Assembly: GCA_977017575.1 (NCBI GenBank)
Contig: CDRNVI010000103.1
Location: 62,001 to 126,000, forward strand
DNA: 64,000 bases
Source: Paramoeba atlantica
Lineage: Eukaryota > Protista > Discosea
Direction of reading: 5' to 3'
In this document: in pieces, positions 53,305 to 64,000 of the stretch
How the letters are laid out: each line of letters begins with the position of its first letter
Position numbering within the stretch: the stretch's first letter is position 1
Notes under the pieces: generated by a model
What the model was told of the DNA's origin: nothing
Seen by the model: only the letters and a program-made list of their open reading frames with translations
Databases searched by the model: none
Translations under genes and position numbers: made by a program

Positions 53305-53470
53305 AACGCTTATTTGGGTTACCCCCGAGGCCCACGACATGCGGACACTCACCCCCTACCCCCTATACGCTTCCTGTGGGGCTCCCGATCCAAATCTCTC
53401 TTACTGGGGGTCAGTCCAAAAGGGTCAAATCTCTCTTACTGGGGGGTACCTTACTGGGGAGGTATACGGT
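53305..53470. repeat. Family I repeat copy
   Basis: Matches 31600-31752; ends GGAGGTATACGG|TA. Confidence 0.65.
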
Positions 53471-53577
53471 ATCTGATCTATCCCTGTAGATCATCTACAG
53501 TGAGGTTAAACCTCCTGCATAGTCAATTTTTATTTGAGTACCGGAAATACATACGAAATGTAAAACAAGATTTATAA

Positions 53578-55491
<1,914 letters not shown>

Positions 55492-55961
55492 AAAATGTCT
55501 AGTAAAGGGTGTGTGGAATAAATGGTGTCCTTTTGTTGCTATTTTTAGTCGAAAAATATGAAATTAACATAGTGAATCGTGTTGAATTATTGTCATGATT
55601 GTCAAATTTGAGAAAGGATCAAAAGGGAAGAAACGTAAAATTAGCGAACATGCTGTGACTGCATGTGTTTTTGTTTATTTGCCAATTCTTTCACCTAAAG
55701 TTGAGTTTCACTATCTTTTGCTTGTTTTACATTTCGTATCTCCATTTTCATGAAGATATTAAAACCTGAGCTTTTTTATTATGCGTCTATCGTAAAACAT
55801 TCATTCTTACACCATGTACCACCGTTTCAATGATTTATTATGTAAAACTATTTTTATCTCATTAGGCGCTTCCTGTAAATCTCGCTATGGACATCATTAC
55901 AGGCTCATTGCAGTTTTAAAAGGAATACTACAAGTACATTATTTACAGATACAACTTTACC

Positions 55962-56600
55962 ATGCTTATTCCTTGTGCTGACACATCTATCTCTCGCAGC
56001 CGAGTTGCCCGAGTACGCATCCAATCACTTCCTCCCTCATTCCAACTTGCGCGCTTCATAAAAAACATATCGAACCCCTTAATATCATGGCATGAGGATA
56101 ACGAACTAGGCAAGTGGGAAGGAGTTCAACGCCATCCTTTGAATTATTTATGTCAATGGCAAATTCTCTGGTCTGGTCGAAAGTTACAGGGAACATTTCC
56201 TGATTGGAGTTGTCTTCCGGAGACGGTGACGACACTGCACCTCGGCATGCGCACTACAATAGGGCTTACACATTACAACTACCTAACGGGGTCCGTAAAC
56301 TTTGGAGCCTTACATCATAAACTTGAATATCTTTCCCTTTCTGGGAATTCATTTTATGGTACTTTCGACGCAGAACATCTCCCTTCTTCTTTGCGCTGTC
56401 TTGAATTGGAGGATAACAATTTTGAAGGAATTCTATGTTTGACCGCTTTACCCCGGAATATGTACAAAATTACCTTGCAAGGAAATCAGTTCTCTGGAAA
56501 AGTGTCGTTTGAGGCTCTTCCAAAGACATTACATAGACTTACGATTTCCACAGGAATGGATATTCAAGGCTCCATTCCTAGCTGTGTAGATTTTGCGTAG
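55962..56600 (+). CDS. Small LRR protein, paralog 10
   Basis: RVARVRIQSLPPSFQLARFI, SW...KWEGV and LRRs. Confidence 0.85.
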   Translation: MLIPCADTSISRSRVARVRIQSLPPSFQLARFIKNISNPLISWHEDNELGKWEGVQRHPLNYLCQWQILWSGRKLQGTFPDWSCLPETVTTLHLGMRTTIGLTHYNYLTGSVNFGALHHKLEYLSLSGNSFYGTFDAEHLPSSLRCLELEDNNFEGILCLTALPRNMYKITLQGNQFSGKVSFEALPKTLHRLTISTGMDIQGSIPSCVDFA

Positions 56601-57230
56601 ATTTTTATTTTGCCACGCTAAACAATTGTTTCTCACCTCTTTTTTTCTACCTACTCCCCTGTTCAAAAAGAAGGAAAATGTATTTTGATTGTTATTTTCC
56701 CTTCTCCTTTTTTTGTCCTTTCTTCATCTTTATCGGTCATTTAAGTTCTTCTTCTCTTATACAATGGAGGGTTATTACTTCCAACGTAACCAAACTCAAG
56801 AGATCACAAAGTTCTGGGCCAGTGAGTATGCTACTCGCGAATCAAGCAAAACATACAGTCAGCTAAAAAACCTTTCGAATGTTTTGAATTTTTTTTGTAC
56901 ACATCTATTGACTAAATAACACCGTTGCACTGGTAACTTGTTCTAGTAGTGTAGGCATGATTGTTACCTAATAGTACCCATAGATAGTTCATCTCAGTTC
57001 GTTCTACCAAAGAAATAATAATGAATATATAAAAAATTGTATCCGAAATTTTTTTGCTACCTGTTATAGAGAAAACCCAAAAATTAGATGAAAAGCAATT
57101 CCCTATTAACTAACCAATTCGTTAGTTACCCAACCTCCTCAATTCATCTACTCCTTTCTAAAACTCATTTCCAAAAACAAATACACACAAAACGATCCCT
57201 ACACCTTTTTTTCCTTCCTTTTTTCCTCCC

Positions 57231-57992
57231 ATGCCTTTCCCCTTTCCCTCCCCCTTTCCCTCCCTTCTTGTCCTCACCAAGGACACCTCCCCCTCCCCTC
57301 CCTCCTCCTCCTCCTCCTCCCATTCCCGTCTCGGGAAACTCCGCGCGGCCTCCGCGCCCCCGGAGTACCAACTCACCCTTCTCATCGCGGATCTCCAACA
57401 CAACCAATCCACCTGGGTCACCGAGACCCCCGCCGCCTCCTGGCGCGGCATCACGCTCCACGAAGCCAACCCCGGGGAGATTGTCGAGATCCAGTGGGAG
57501 GGGTTCGGTCTCCGCGGGTCGCTTAACTGGGCCCACCTCCCCAAAACCTTAACCAAGTTGGATCTCTCCCTCAACAGTATTGAGGGCTGTGTGGAGACCT
57601 CACTGCTGCCACCCCCGCTGGTGGAGCTGGACCTGAAACGGAATTACTTTTTCCGTAGTCTGGATCTAACCGTGCTCCCCGGGGGGCTACGCACGGCAGA
57701 GTTTGGGGTGAATAATTTATCCGGACCGGTGGCGTTGCACGCGCTTCCGCGTGCGATGCGGTTCTTGTCGTTGGAGGGGAATAAGTTAAACGGGGAGGTG
57801 AGTTTGCGAGGGCTTCCGCATCATTTGCGGACGCTCTTGTTGCGGGATAATTTGTTTACGGGGGAAGTGAATCTTGAGGGGATGCACGAGGGATTGGATG
57901 TTAATTTGTCCGGGAATCGGTTTACGGGGTATCTTCCAAAAGGAGATCTTCCGAATGGTGTTGCGTGGGGAAAACAAGACGAAGTAGAGTGA
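57231..57992 (+). CDS. Small LRR protein, paralog 11 (GC-rich, C-to-G skewed)
   Basis: KLRAASAPPEYQL, TWVTETPAASWRGITL and LRRs. Confidence 0.88.
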   Translation: MPFPFPSPFPSLLVLTKDTSPSPPSSSSSSHSRLGKLRAASAPPEYQLTLLIADLQHNQSTWVTETPAASWRGITLHEANPGEIVEIQWEGFGLRGSLNWAHLPKTLTKLDLSLNSIEGCVETSLLPPPLVELDLKRNYFFRSLDLTVLPGGLRTAEFGVNNLSGPVALHALPRAMRFLSLEGNKLNGEVSLRGLPHHLRTLLLRDNLFTGEVNLEGMHEGLDVNLSGNRFTGYLPKGDLPNGVAWGKQDEVE

Positions 57993-58287
57993 CACGGACG
58001 AAGCATTAAGAAATACCTTTCTTGAGATACGTTCTTTAATTTCAGTTTTTTGTACAGATCACGAAACAAAGACCCGGTTAAGGCTAACCCGTAGCTCGTT
58101 ATTATATCAAAGGTACAATAAACCGGACGGTGGTTTAAGCTTTCAATAAGCTAATATTGTATTCGAACGCTTCACCTCAACTTTTGTCAAATGAGAAATT
58201 GTGAATCAATATTTTAAACAAATCTAATTTATTTCTCTCCCTGTAGCTCTTAGCATAAAGGTTTTTAGATACGTAAATCTTAGCAGT

Positions 58288-58947
58288 ATGTGCATCTCAC
58301 GCTTTTTGACTTCTGAATCTTCACCTCTTCCTCTTTTAGGGCGCGTCAGCCTCGTTTCGCAGCCGCATGAAATAATGCTTTCCATATTCATCAAAGACTT
58401 AAGTACGATCCATGGGAGTTGGAATACCTCAAATCCGGCATGCAACTGGGATGGGGTAGATTGTGATGCCAAAGGAGATGTGACAGTCATACGGTGGTAC
58501 CGTCGTAATTTACTTGGTTGTTTACATTGGTATTCTCTTCCTCGTACTCTACGAGAACTAGACTTATCTAACAATCATTTAAATGGTCTTGTTTCCTTGG
58601 GTGAGCTCCCACACCATTTACAGAAGTTGCGTTTGCATAATAATGAATTCACGGGGCAGCTTCATTTTGAAAAGTGTCCCCCGACGTTAACAATTCTGGA
58701 TTTAGAGGGCAATCGGTTTCAAGGCGAAGTTAACCTTGAATCACTACCTGAAACACTGCAACATTTCGAAATTTCTAAAAATCCGAGCCTATATGGTTGG
58801 TATAGCGCAAGAAAGTTACCTCCGCTTTTAAATACGCGTAGATTTAGAGACACAGGCATTTGCCGAAGCCCCTCCACTGCAGAGTACGCAGCGATTACGT
58901 ATGCAGTGTTGATGCTGTTATGTATTGTGCACATGCATTTTACGTAG
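58288..58947 (+). CDS. Small LRR protein, paralog 12, with hydrophobic C-terminus
   Basis: RVSLVSQPHEIML, SWNTSNPACNWDGVDC, LRRs; ends AAITYAVLMLLCIVHMHFT. Confidence 0.85.
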   Translation: MCISRFLTSESSPLPLLGRVSLVSQPHEIMLSIFIKDLSTIHGSWNTSNPACNWDGVDCDAKGDVTVIRWYRRNLLGCLHWYSLPRTLRELDLSNNHLNGLVSLGELPHHLQKLRLHNNEFTGQLHFEKCPPTLTILDLEGNRFQGEVNLESLPETLQHFEISKNPSLYGWYSARKLPPLLNTRRFRDTGICRSPSTAEYAAITYAVLMLLCIVHMHFT

Positions 58948-59048
58948 CAGAACCCCCCCTTTGCTCGCAACCCCCCTTTACTTTATACCGTCGACGCACT
59001 TTATTTGAAAACTTTGTGTGTGAACACATTGAATTTGATAACATTAAA

Positions 59049-59954
59049 TTGCGGTGGTTGTAAAACTACCGCTCTACACTCGATTATTGAAAAAAAAGTG
59101 AACAAAAACAGTGAAAATATAAAGAGGAACACAGTAATATAATAGAAGAAAAAAATATAAAAGGGGGCTCCGGTGGTCCAAAACTGAAAAAAAAAAATTG
59201 AAAAAAATGGGGGGTCCATGGGGGGGGTCCAGGGGGGGGGTCCAGGGGGGGGGGGGCATGGTCGAGCAATTTTTTTCGAAAAAATTAGTTTTCGAAAAAA
59301 AACCGCAGAAAGGGTAGCCGGGGTCTTGGCGCGCATTTTCCACCCCCCTACCCGGGGGTGACCCCCCCGCGTATCCGCAGGACGGGTCCGCCAAGTTCGG
59401 ATTTTTTCGGAAAAAAAAAATTGAAAAAAATTTCAACTTGGCGAAAAAAATGACAAAAAAAATATTTTTCCAAAATCTTTTCCCCTATTGTATTTTGATA
59501 GTTTGGGACCTACACTAGCTTTCTACGCAGTTGTTTTCGCAAGGTATCACTTCTTCGAACTGTGGTGCGCCCCCCAAAATGACCCATTTTTGACTAAAAA
59601 AGGTGAAAGTATTTTTTGGACCTAAAGGGGCATTTTTGTGTCGAAAGAATGGTATGGTTGGAGTCGCATTCTCTACCCAATACGTTCGGTAGGCTTTCAT
59701 TCATGCCTGCGAGTGATTTCCCACGCGCAAATGTCGGATTTAGTGCTCTGAGAGCAAAAATATGCGAAAATGACCCCATTTGTACCCGAAATTCGGCTAT
59801 TTTTGGCTATAATCTTTCCGTTTTCCAGGTTAAATTTTCTTTTTTAGGCTCTACGTTAAACGCGGCGGTAGTTTTCAACGCGAAGCGCGCAGTATGAGTG
59901 ACTTCTAAGTTGAAAGCAACCACCGCGTTTAACGAAGAGCCTAAAAAAGAAATT
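59049..59954 (+). mobile_element. Family D full copy
   Basis: Same 5' hairpin and 3' palindrome as 51390-52283. Confidence 0.75.
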
Positions 59955-60542
59955 GAATATACTGTGCCCCCCCTCTAGTTATCTGTCACCCCCCCCCACC
60001 CTCCCTAGTTAGCTGTCGCTTCGAATAAAATATTAAAATAAAAAAATAAAAGAACTTCCTTCGAACATTTTTTTCGTCGACTACACCCCCTAGTTATCTG
60101 TTGCCTTTCTAAACAAGATGAAAGAATTATAAAATTAGAAGCGAAACTTAAATTTTTTTCTGTTCTGCTTTTAAGCTAATGGTTTTGCGTGGAGTTCTAC
60201 GGAGAAAATTGGAAAACAGGAGTCGGAGCTCGTTATCCCCTCCATCATCCCCTTCATCATTCCCTTCATTTAATTTAAAGATCGTCTATGTGAACATTTG
60301 AAAACGCACTCTTCGCCGTATTTAATAGTGTCAATGTGTTGTCCGCAGCAAGGTTCTGGTGAAAACAGTTGTGCAATTCACATGGTAAATAATATGTATC
60401 GCACCTTATTTGAAAACCGTGGTATTGACATTCTTTCCCGTCGTGACCTTTGTGAAATTTGGAGTCCGATAGCTCCCGATTTTCTACTTTAACCCATACA
60501 TGTATATGTATATATGTTGTACCCATACATACATGTATACGT

Positions 60543-60655
60543 ACTGTCCCCCCCTACTTAAGAGTCCGCCGATTTTGGGCATTTGGACTCTTAAGTGGGG
60601 GGGTCACAATTTTCCGGACTCTTAAGTAGGGGGGTCAGCATTTTTTCATAAAATT
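60543..60655. repeat. Family H element end
   Basis: TA|CTGTCCCCCCCTACTTAAGAGTCC with repeated GGACTCTTAAGT; reverse complement of 25335-25420. Confidence 0.6.
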
Positions 60656-60837
60656 TCAATACGGCCGGTTCCTTTTTTGTCTATGTTTTTTTTCTCTGTT
60701 TTTTTTCTCTGTTTTTGTCTAATGAAGGTCGGCGTCTGTACTATCGATAAGATAGCAGTGCCAGGGAAGACCACGAGGAGGTCCCGACCATACTTCCCCA
60801 TTACGCACTCACATCAGGAGTGGTAAATTTTATGAAT

Positions 60838-61100
60838 TTACCTGTCGGCTGGGCCAATGAAACGTTGTTTCTCATAAGTTCTAGGAACCCAATTGAAGGA
60901 ATACCGAAAATGCTTGTATATACGCTCTTTGCGGATTTCCGAGAGCGTTTCTGTAAAAACATCGTGCTTTTCCATCAATTCAAAAACATAACGTTTCGTG
61001 ATAGGGACTCTATCATCCAAAAGTTCAAGAAGCTCCGTATGAATTTTTTCCATGCTGCCTTGACGTCATTGATTAAGTTTTCTCTCCCTCTTCCGTTTGC
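60838..61100 (-). pseudogene. CENP-B/Tc5-type HTH relic
   Basis: RKRERKLNQ*RQGSMEKIHTELLELLDDRVPITKRYV...YKHFRYSFNWVPR resembles the pogo HTH; stops on both sides. Confidence 0.35.
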
Positions 61101-61603
61101 TCCCTCCTCGGTTTAAACGAGACTGAAATTTATTTTCCCCTTGTGACCTAATACGACGAATAGTTCTACAACACACGCCATACTGCTCGCTTAAACATTC
61201 TACAGATTTTGATGATCTGCAAATATTCAGCTTTTCTTGCATATCAAGAGAATTTCTTGTTATACTACCTTGCGATATAAACTATACTATACAGTAACTA
61301 AAAAAAGTGTTCAAATGTTTCAACAGTTTTTAGTGTTTTTATTTTTTACAAAAGGGAATCAGGGGATAACGCAGTAGTATACAATAGTAGTGTAGGCTGG
61401 AGTAGTGCTTGTATTCCCATGTACTTGAACTTCATCAATGGCCTTACAATAAAAAATCAAGAAAGATATCAGTTCAACACTTGAACACTTTTTTTCACTT
61501 TTTTGGGGACAACATTTTTTATATAAAAACTTTCTCTTACTTCCTCCTTATCAGCCCAAAATGCCGTAAACTTAGTACTTTGTAAGCCCCCCCTTCGCCT
61601 TAA

Positions 61604-62521
61604 TCACTGCCCTCAACCGGCGAGGCATGCTCTGAACAAGAGGAAGGCATCCACTCGGAGGAACATTCGCCCACAGGCAATGACCCACGCGTTCTTCAAT
61701 GTGCCAGAAAAGAATCTTATTTCCAGGATTCTTCAACTTGGTCGACTTTTTTAGCGCGTTTTAAAGAAATAGTTTCTTTGGAGCGTGAAGCGCAAAAGAA
61801 ATCGGAAGCTCGGGCTCTTCTGATCATTGATGAAGCGGCCCAGCATGGTAGTACAGATTCTATCCTTCAGGATGCGTCTTGTGGAGTAGTTTGCGTCCCG
61901 AAAAAAATGACTCACGTATTTCAGCCAGCGGATCAGTTCATTATTTCTGGGTTAAAAGAGCGTGCTGTGCAACTTTATAACAGTGATATAGCCCGTATTT
62001 TTTCGCGCTCTGAGAACAGCACGGCAGTATCTAATATGGTAAGCACATCCCGCACTCTCTGTCGCGAAAAAAAGGTTTCCTATATCATCCAAGCAATGAA
62101 TGAAATTTCTCCTGCGCAAATTCTTGCCTCTTGGGAAGTTACAGAAATACCCAAGGTTTTGTTTGGTGAAGTAAAAACGCGCTCTTCTCGCCTTGATGCG
62201 TATAAAAACTTACAAACTCACTTAGGATCATCAGGGGACAACATATTCGTTGACGCGGATGATCAAGAGCAAACTCCATTGCCTATACCAAACGACGAGA
62301 TAGCTACCTCCAATTTACCTAGTGGAAGAAGAAAACGCGGACGCCCTCGGAAAATACTATCGAGTGGGGACCTCGAAATGCAGCGACGCGAAGCCGAAGA
62401 TATTGCCAATCTGCGCCACCGCCTACGCGGAATGACACGTAAGCGTAGAGAGCAATATAAGTCCGCCAAAGAATTGCACATTGCCCCATTGACATCCTAT
62501 GGAATAGGGCCGCGCAATTGA
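61604..62521 (+). pseudogene. pogo/Tigger-like DDE_1 transposase C-terminal relic (DD33D spacing)
   Basis: SYFQDSSTWSTFLARF...RALLIIDEAAQH...VPKKMTHVFQPADQFIISGLK. Frame open from 61604 with no ATG before the motif. Confidence 0.7.
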
Positions 62522-63286
62522 TCAAACTGGATTCGCTCAATATAGTCATGAAAGAAATGATGAGTAATGATTACTTCTTTATTGGTAAACTTTTGAATTT
62601 CCAGAGAGCTTTCATTAGTTATTTTGGGGTTTTTTACGCCGTGTTATGGACATACTGTAATGCTTTTTCTCCTCTCGAAATTTTTCTAGCTCGCTGGCAA
62701 TTTTTGTTTCGCCATACAAATATTAGTGGGACAAAAATTAATGTTTTTTTAATTAATATTTGCATGGGTCCAACACTAATTAAAAAAACATTAAATTTTG
62801 GCGGCAGTTCTACCCCATTGGGGTAGAAAGGAATTTTCCTAGGCAATAAAGATACCGTTTCTGTAACATTTCGTTCCCTCGCTTTTTTTGGCGACGGACT
62901 CCCCTAGTTATCTGTCGCACTTTGACCCCCCTAGTTATCTGTCGCACCCCTACCCCCCGTAGTTGTCTCTCACCTTTTCTCGAAAAGTAACGACGGATAA
63001 CTAGGGGGGTACAGTATTTCTTTTTTTCTTACATTTTTTGGTGTATTTACTTTTTTTGTATCCTTCCTCATTTTTTTGATATTTTCGTAGTCTTGACATA
63101 GCTTTTGCAGGTTTACTGTTTCAGATTATTATGTTATTTTTTCACATTAAAATGGACTCATCAAACTGCAAATATCAACAATATCATACATCGTTACTTA
63201 GAAAATGCAGTAGGTTTACCATTTCAGATTATTGTATTAGCATTCTCATTACTATGGGCTCATCAAACAACAATTGAGCTGTCATA

Positions 63287-63654
63287 CAGTGGTTTCATGA
63301 TATCTTCCCCCCGGGGGAATTTTGAGTTTTTTTCTTTGTTTTTTCTCATTTTTGCAGCATTGGATAGATCTCGTTTCTCTGGTGAAGCGCTCTGCTACCC
63401 TTTTTATGTAGGGGCCCCCTGGTACCCCCTGGGTCCAAAACACATGGTTTGGACTTCATTCCAAGGTTCGTATTTATCAAAAATCTTGTTTTGGCTGTTT
63501 TTCGGGTCACCATATGAGCACTACGGGGTCCCTGTGAAAAGAGAGGTGCCAAAGCGCTTCACTGGGGGAACGAGATCTCTCGTTTGCAACAAAAATGAGC
63601 AAAAACGGACACAAAGACTCAAAATTCGCAGGGGGGGTACAATTGAAACCATTG
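63287..63654. mobile_element. MITE family F, inverted copy (368 bp)
   Basis: TA|CAGTGGTTTCATG ... TTGAAACCATTG|TA; reverse complement of 19870-20237. Confidence 0.88.
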
Positions 63655-63927
63655 TATTTTGTACACAGAAAAATATGCACAGAAAAATATGCACAGAAAT
63701 ATAAATTCTCTAAATTTTTGTAAAACGAATTCTCGTTCAATTTCCCTCAATAATCACTAAACCGCAATATTTACCTCCGCAATTCGAGGCTAAAGCAACC
63801 ATCTCACTTTGTTCCCCCATCTCATTTTACCCCCTACTCTCCTAAAACCCGCATTTCACCCTTCCTTTTTCATCAAACCCTTTTCTTCTCTCATCCCCCT
63901 TCCCCTCCTCCTCCTCCTCCTCCCCCC

Positions 63928-64000
63928 ATGTCTTCTCTCCTCTTCACCCTCCTCCTCTCCCTTCTCCTCCCCACCCTCCCCACCCTCGACGACGCCTCCG
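63928..64000 (+). CDS. 5' end of a probable secreted protein gene running off the window
   Basis: ATG after a pyrimidine tract; MSSLLFTLLLSLLLPTLPTLDDAS looks like a signal peptide. Confidence 0.45.
   Translation, partial: MSSLLFTLLLSLLLPTLPTLDDAS

Larger units (their letters stand above)
59962..63014. mobile_element. Putative degenerate ~3 kb pogo-like element bounded by family C ends
   Basis: TA|CTGTGCCCCCCCTCTAGTTATCTGTC ... GACGGATAACTAGGGGGGTACAG|TA, enclosing CENP-B-HTH-like and DDE_1-like relics. That both ends belong to one element is inferred. Confidence 0.45.

Noticed and set aside
56678-56919. Small ORFs between LRR genes
   Set aside because: Short, derived from a pyrimidine tract, with no motif.

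Overview
Eukaryotic, intron-poor window. Every recognisable host gene is on the + strand and several are preceded by pyrimidine tracts. Together with a kinetoplastid-like mitochondrial HSP60, a CRE/SLACS-type retroelement remnant and an expanded small LRR family, this suggests (inference) a kinetoplastid polycistronic unit, possibly from a Perkinsela-like organism. Host genes: Nup50/RanBD-like, ABC1/ADCK kinase, PhLP3/TXNDC9, two cpn10, COA3-like, GPDH-like pseudoenzyme, HSP60, several large hypotheticals and 12 dispersed LRR paralogs, one with a nonsense codon. Intergenic DNA is dense with TA-targeting DNA transposons: Tc1/mariner elements with a short DD29E spacing, a DD32E derivative, pogo-like relics and at least five MITE families, some nested with empty-site support. 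There is also a hairpin-ended ~0.9 kb repeat resembling a non-autonomous rolling-circle element. Two patterns are not explained by the annotation: repeated C-rich to G-rich skew switches inside genes that reach synonymous sites, and a tRNA-length unit with A box, B box and TTTT terminator whose stems do not pair. All calls are by eye; no database searches were run.
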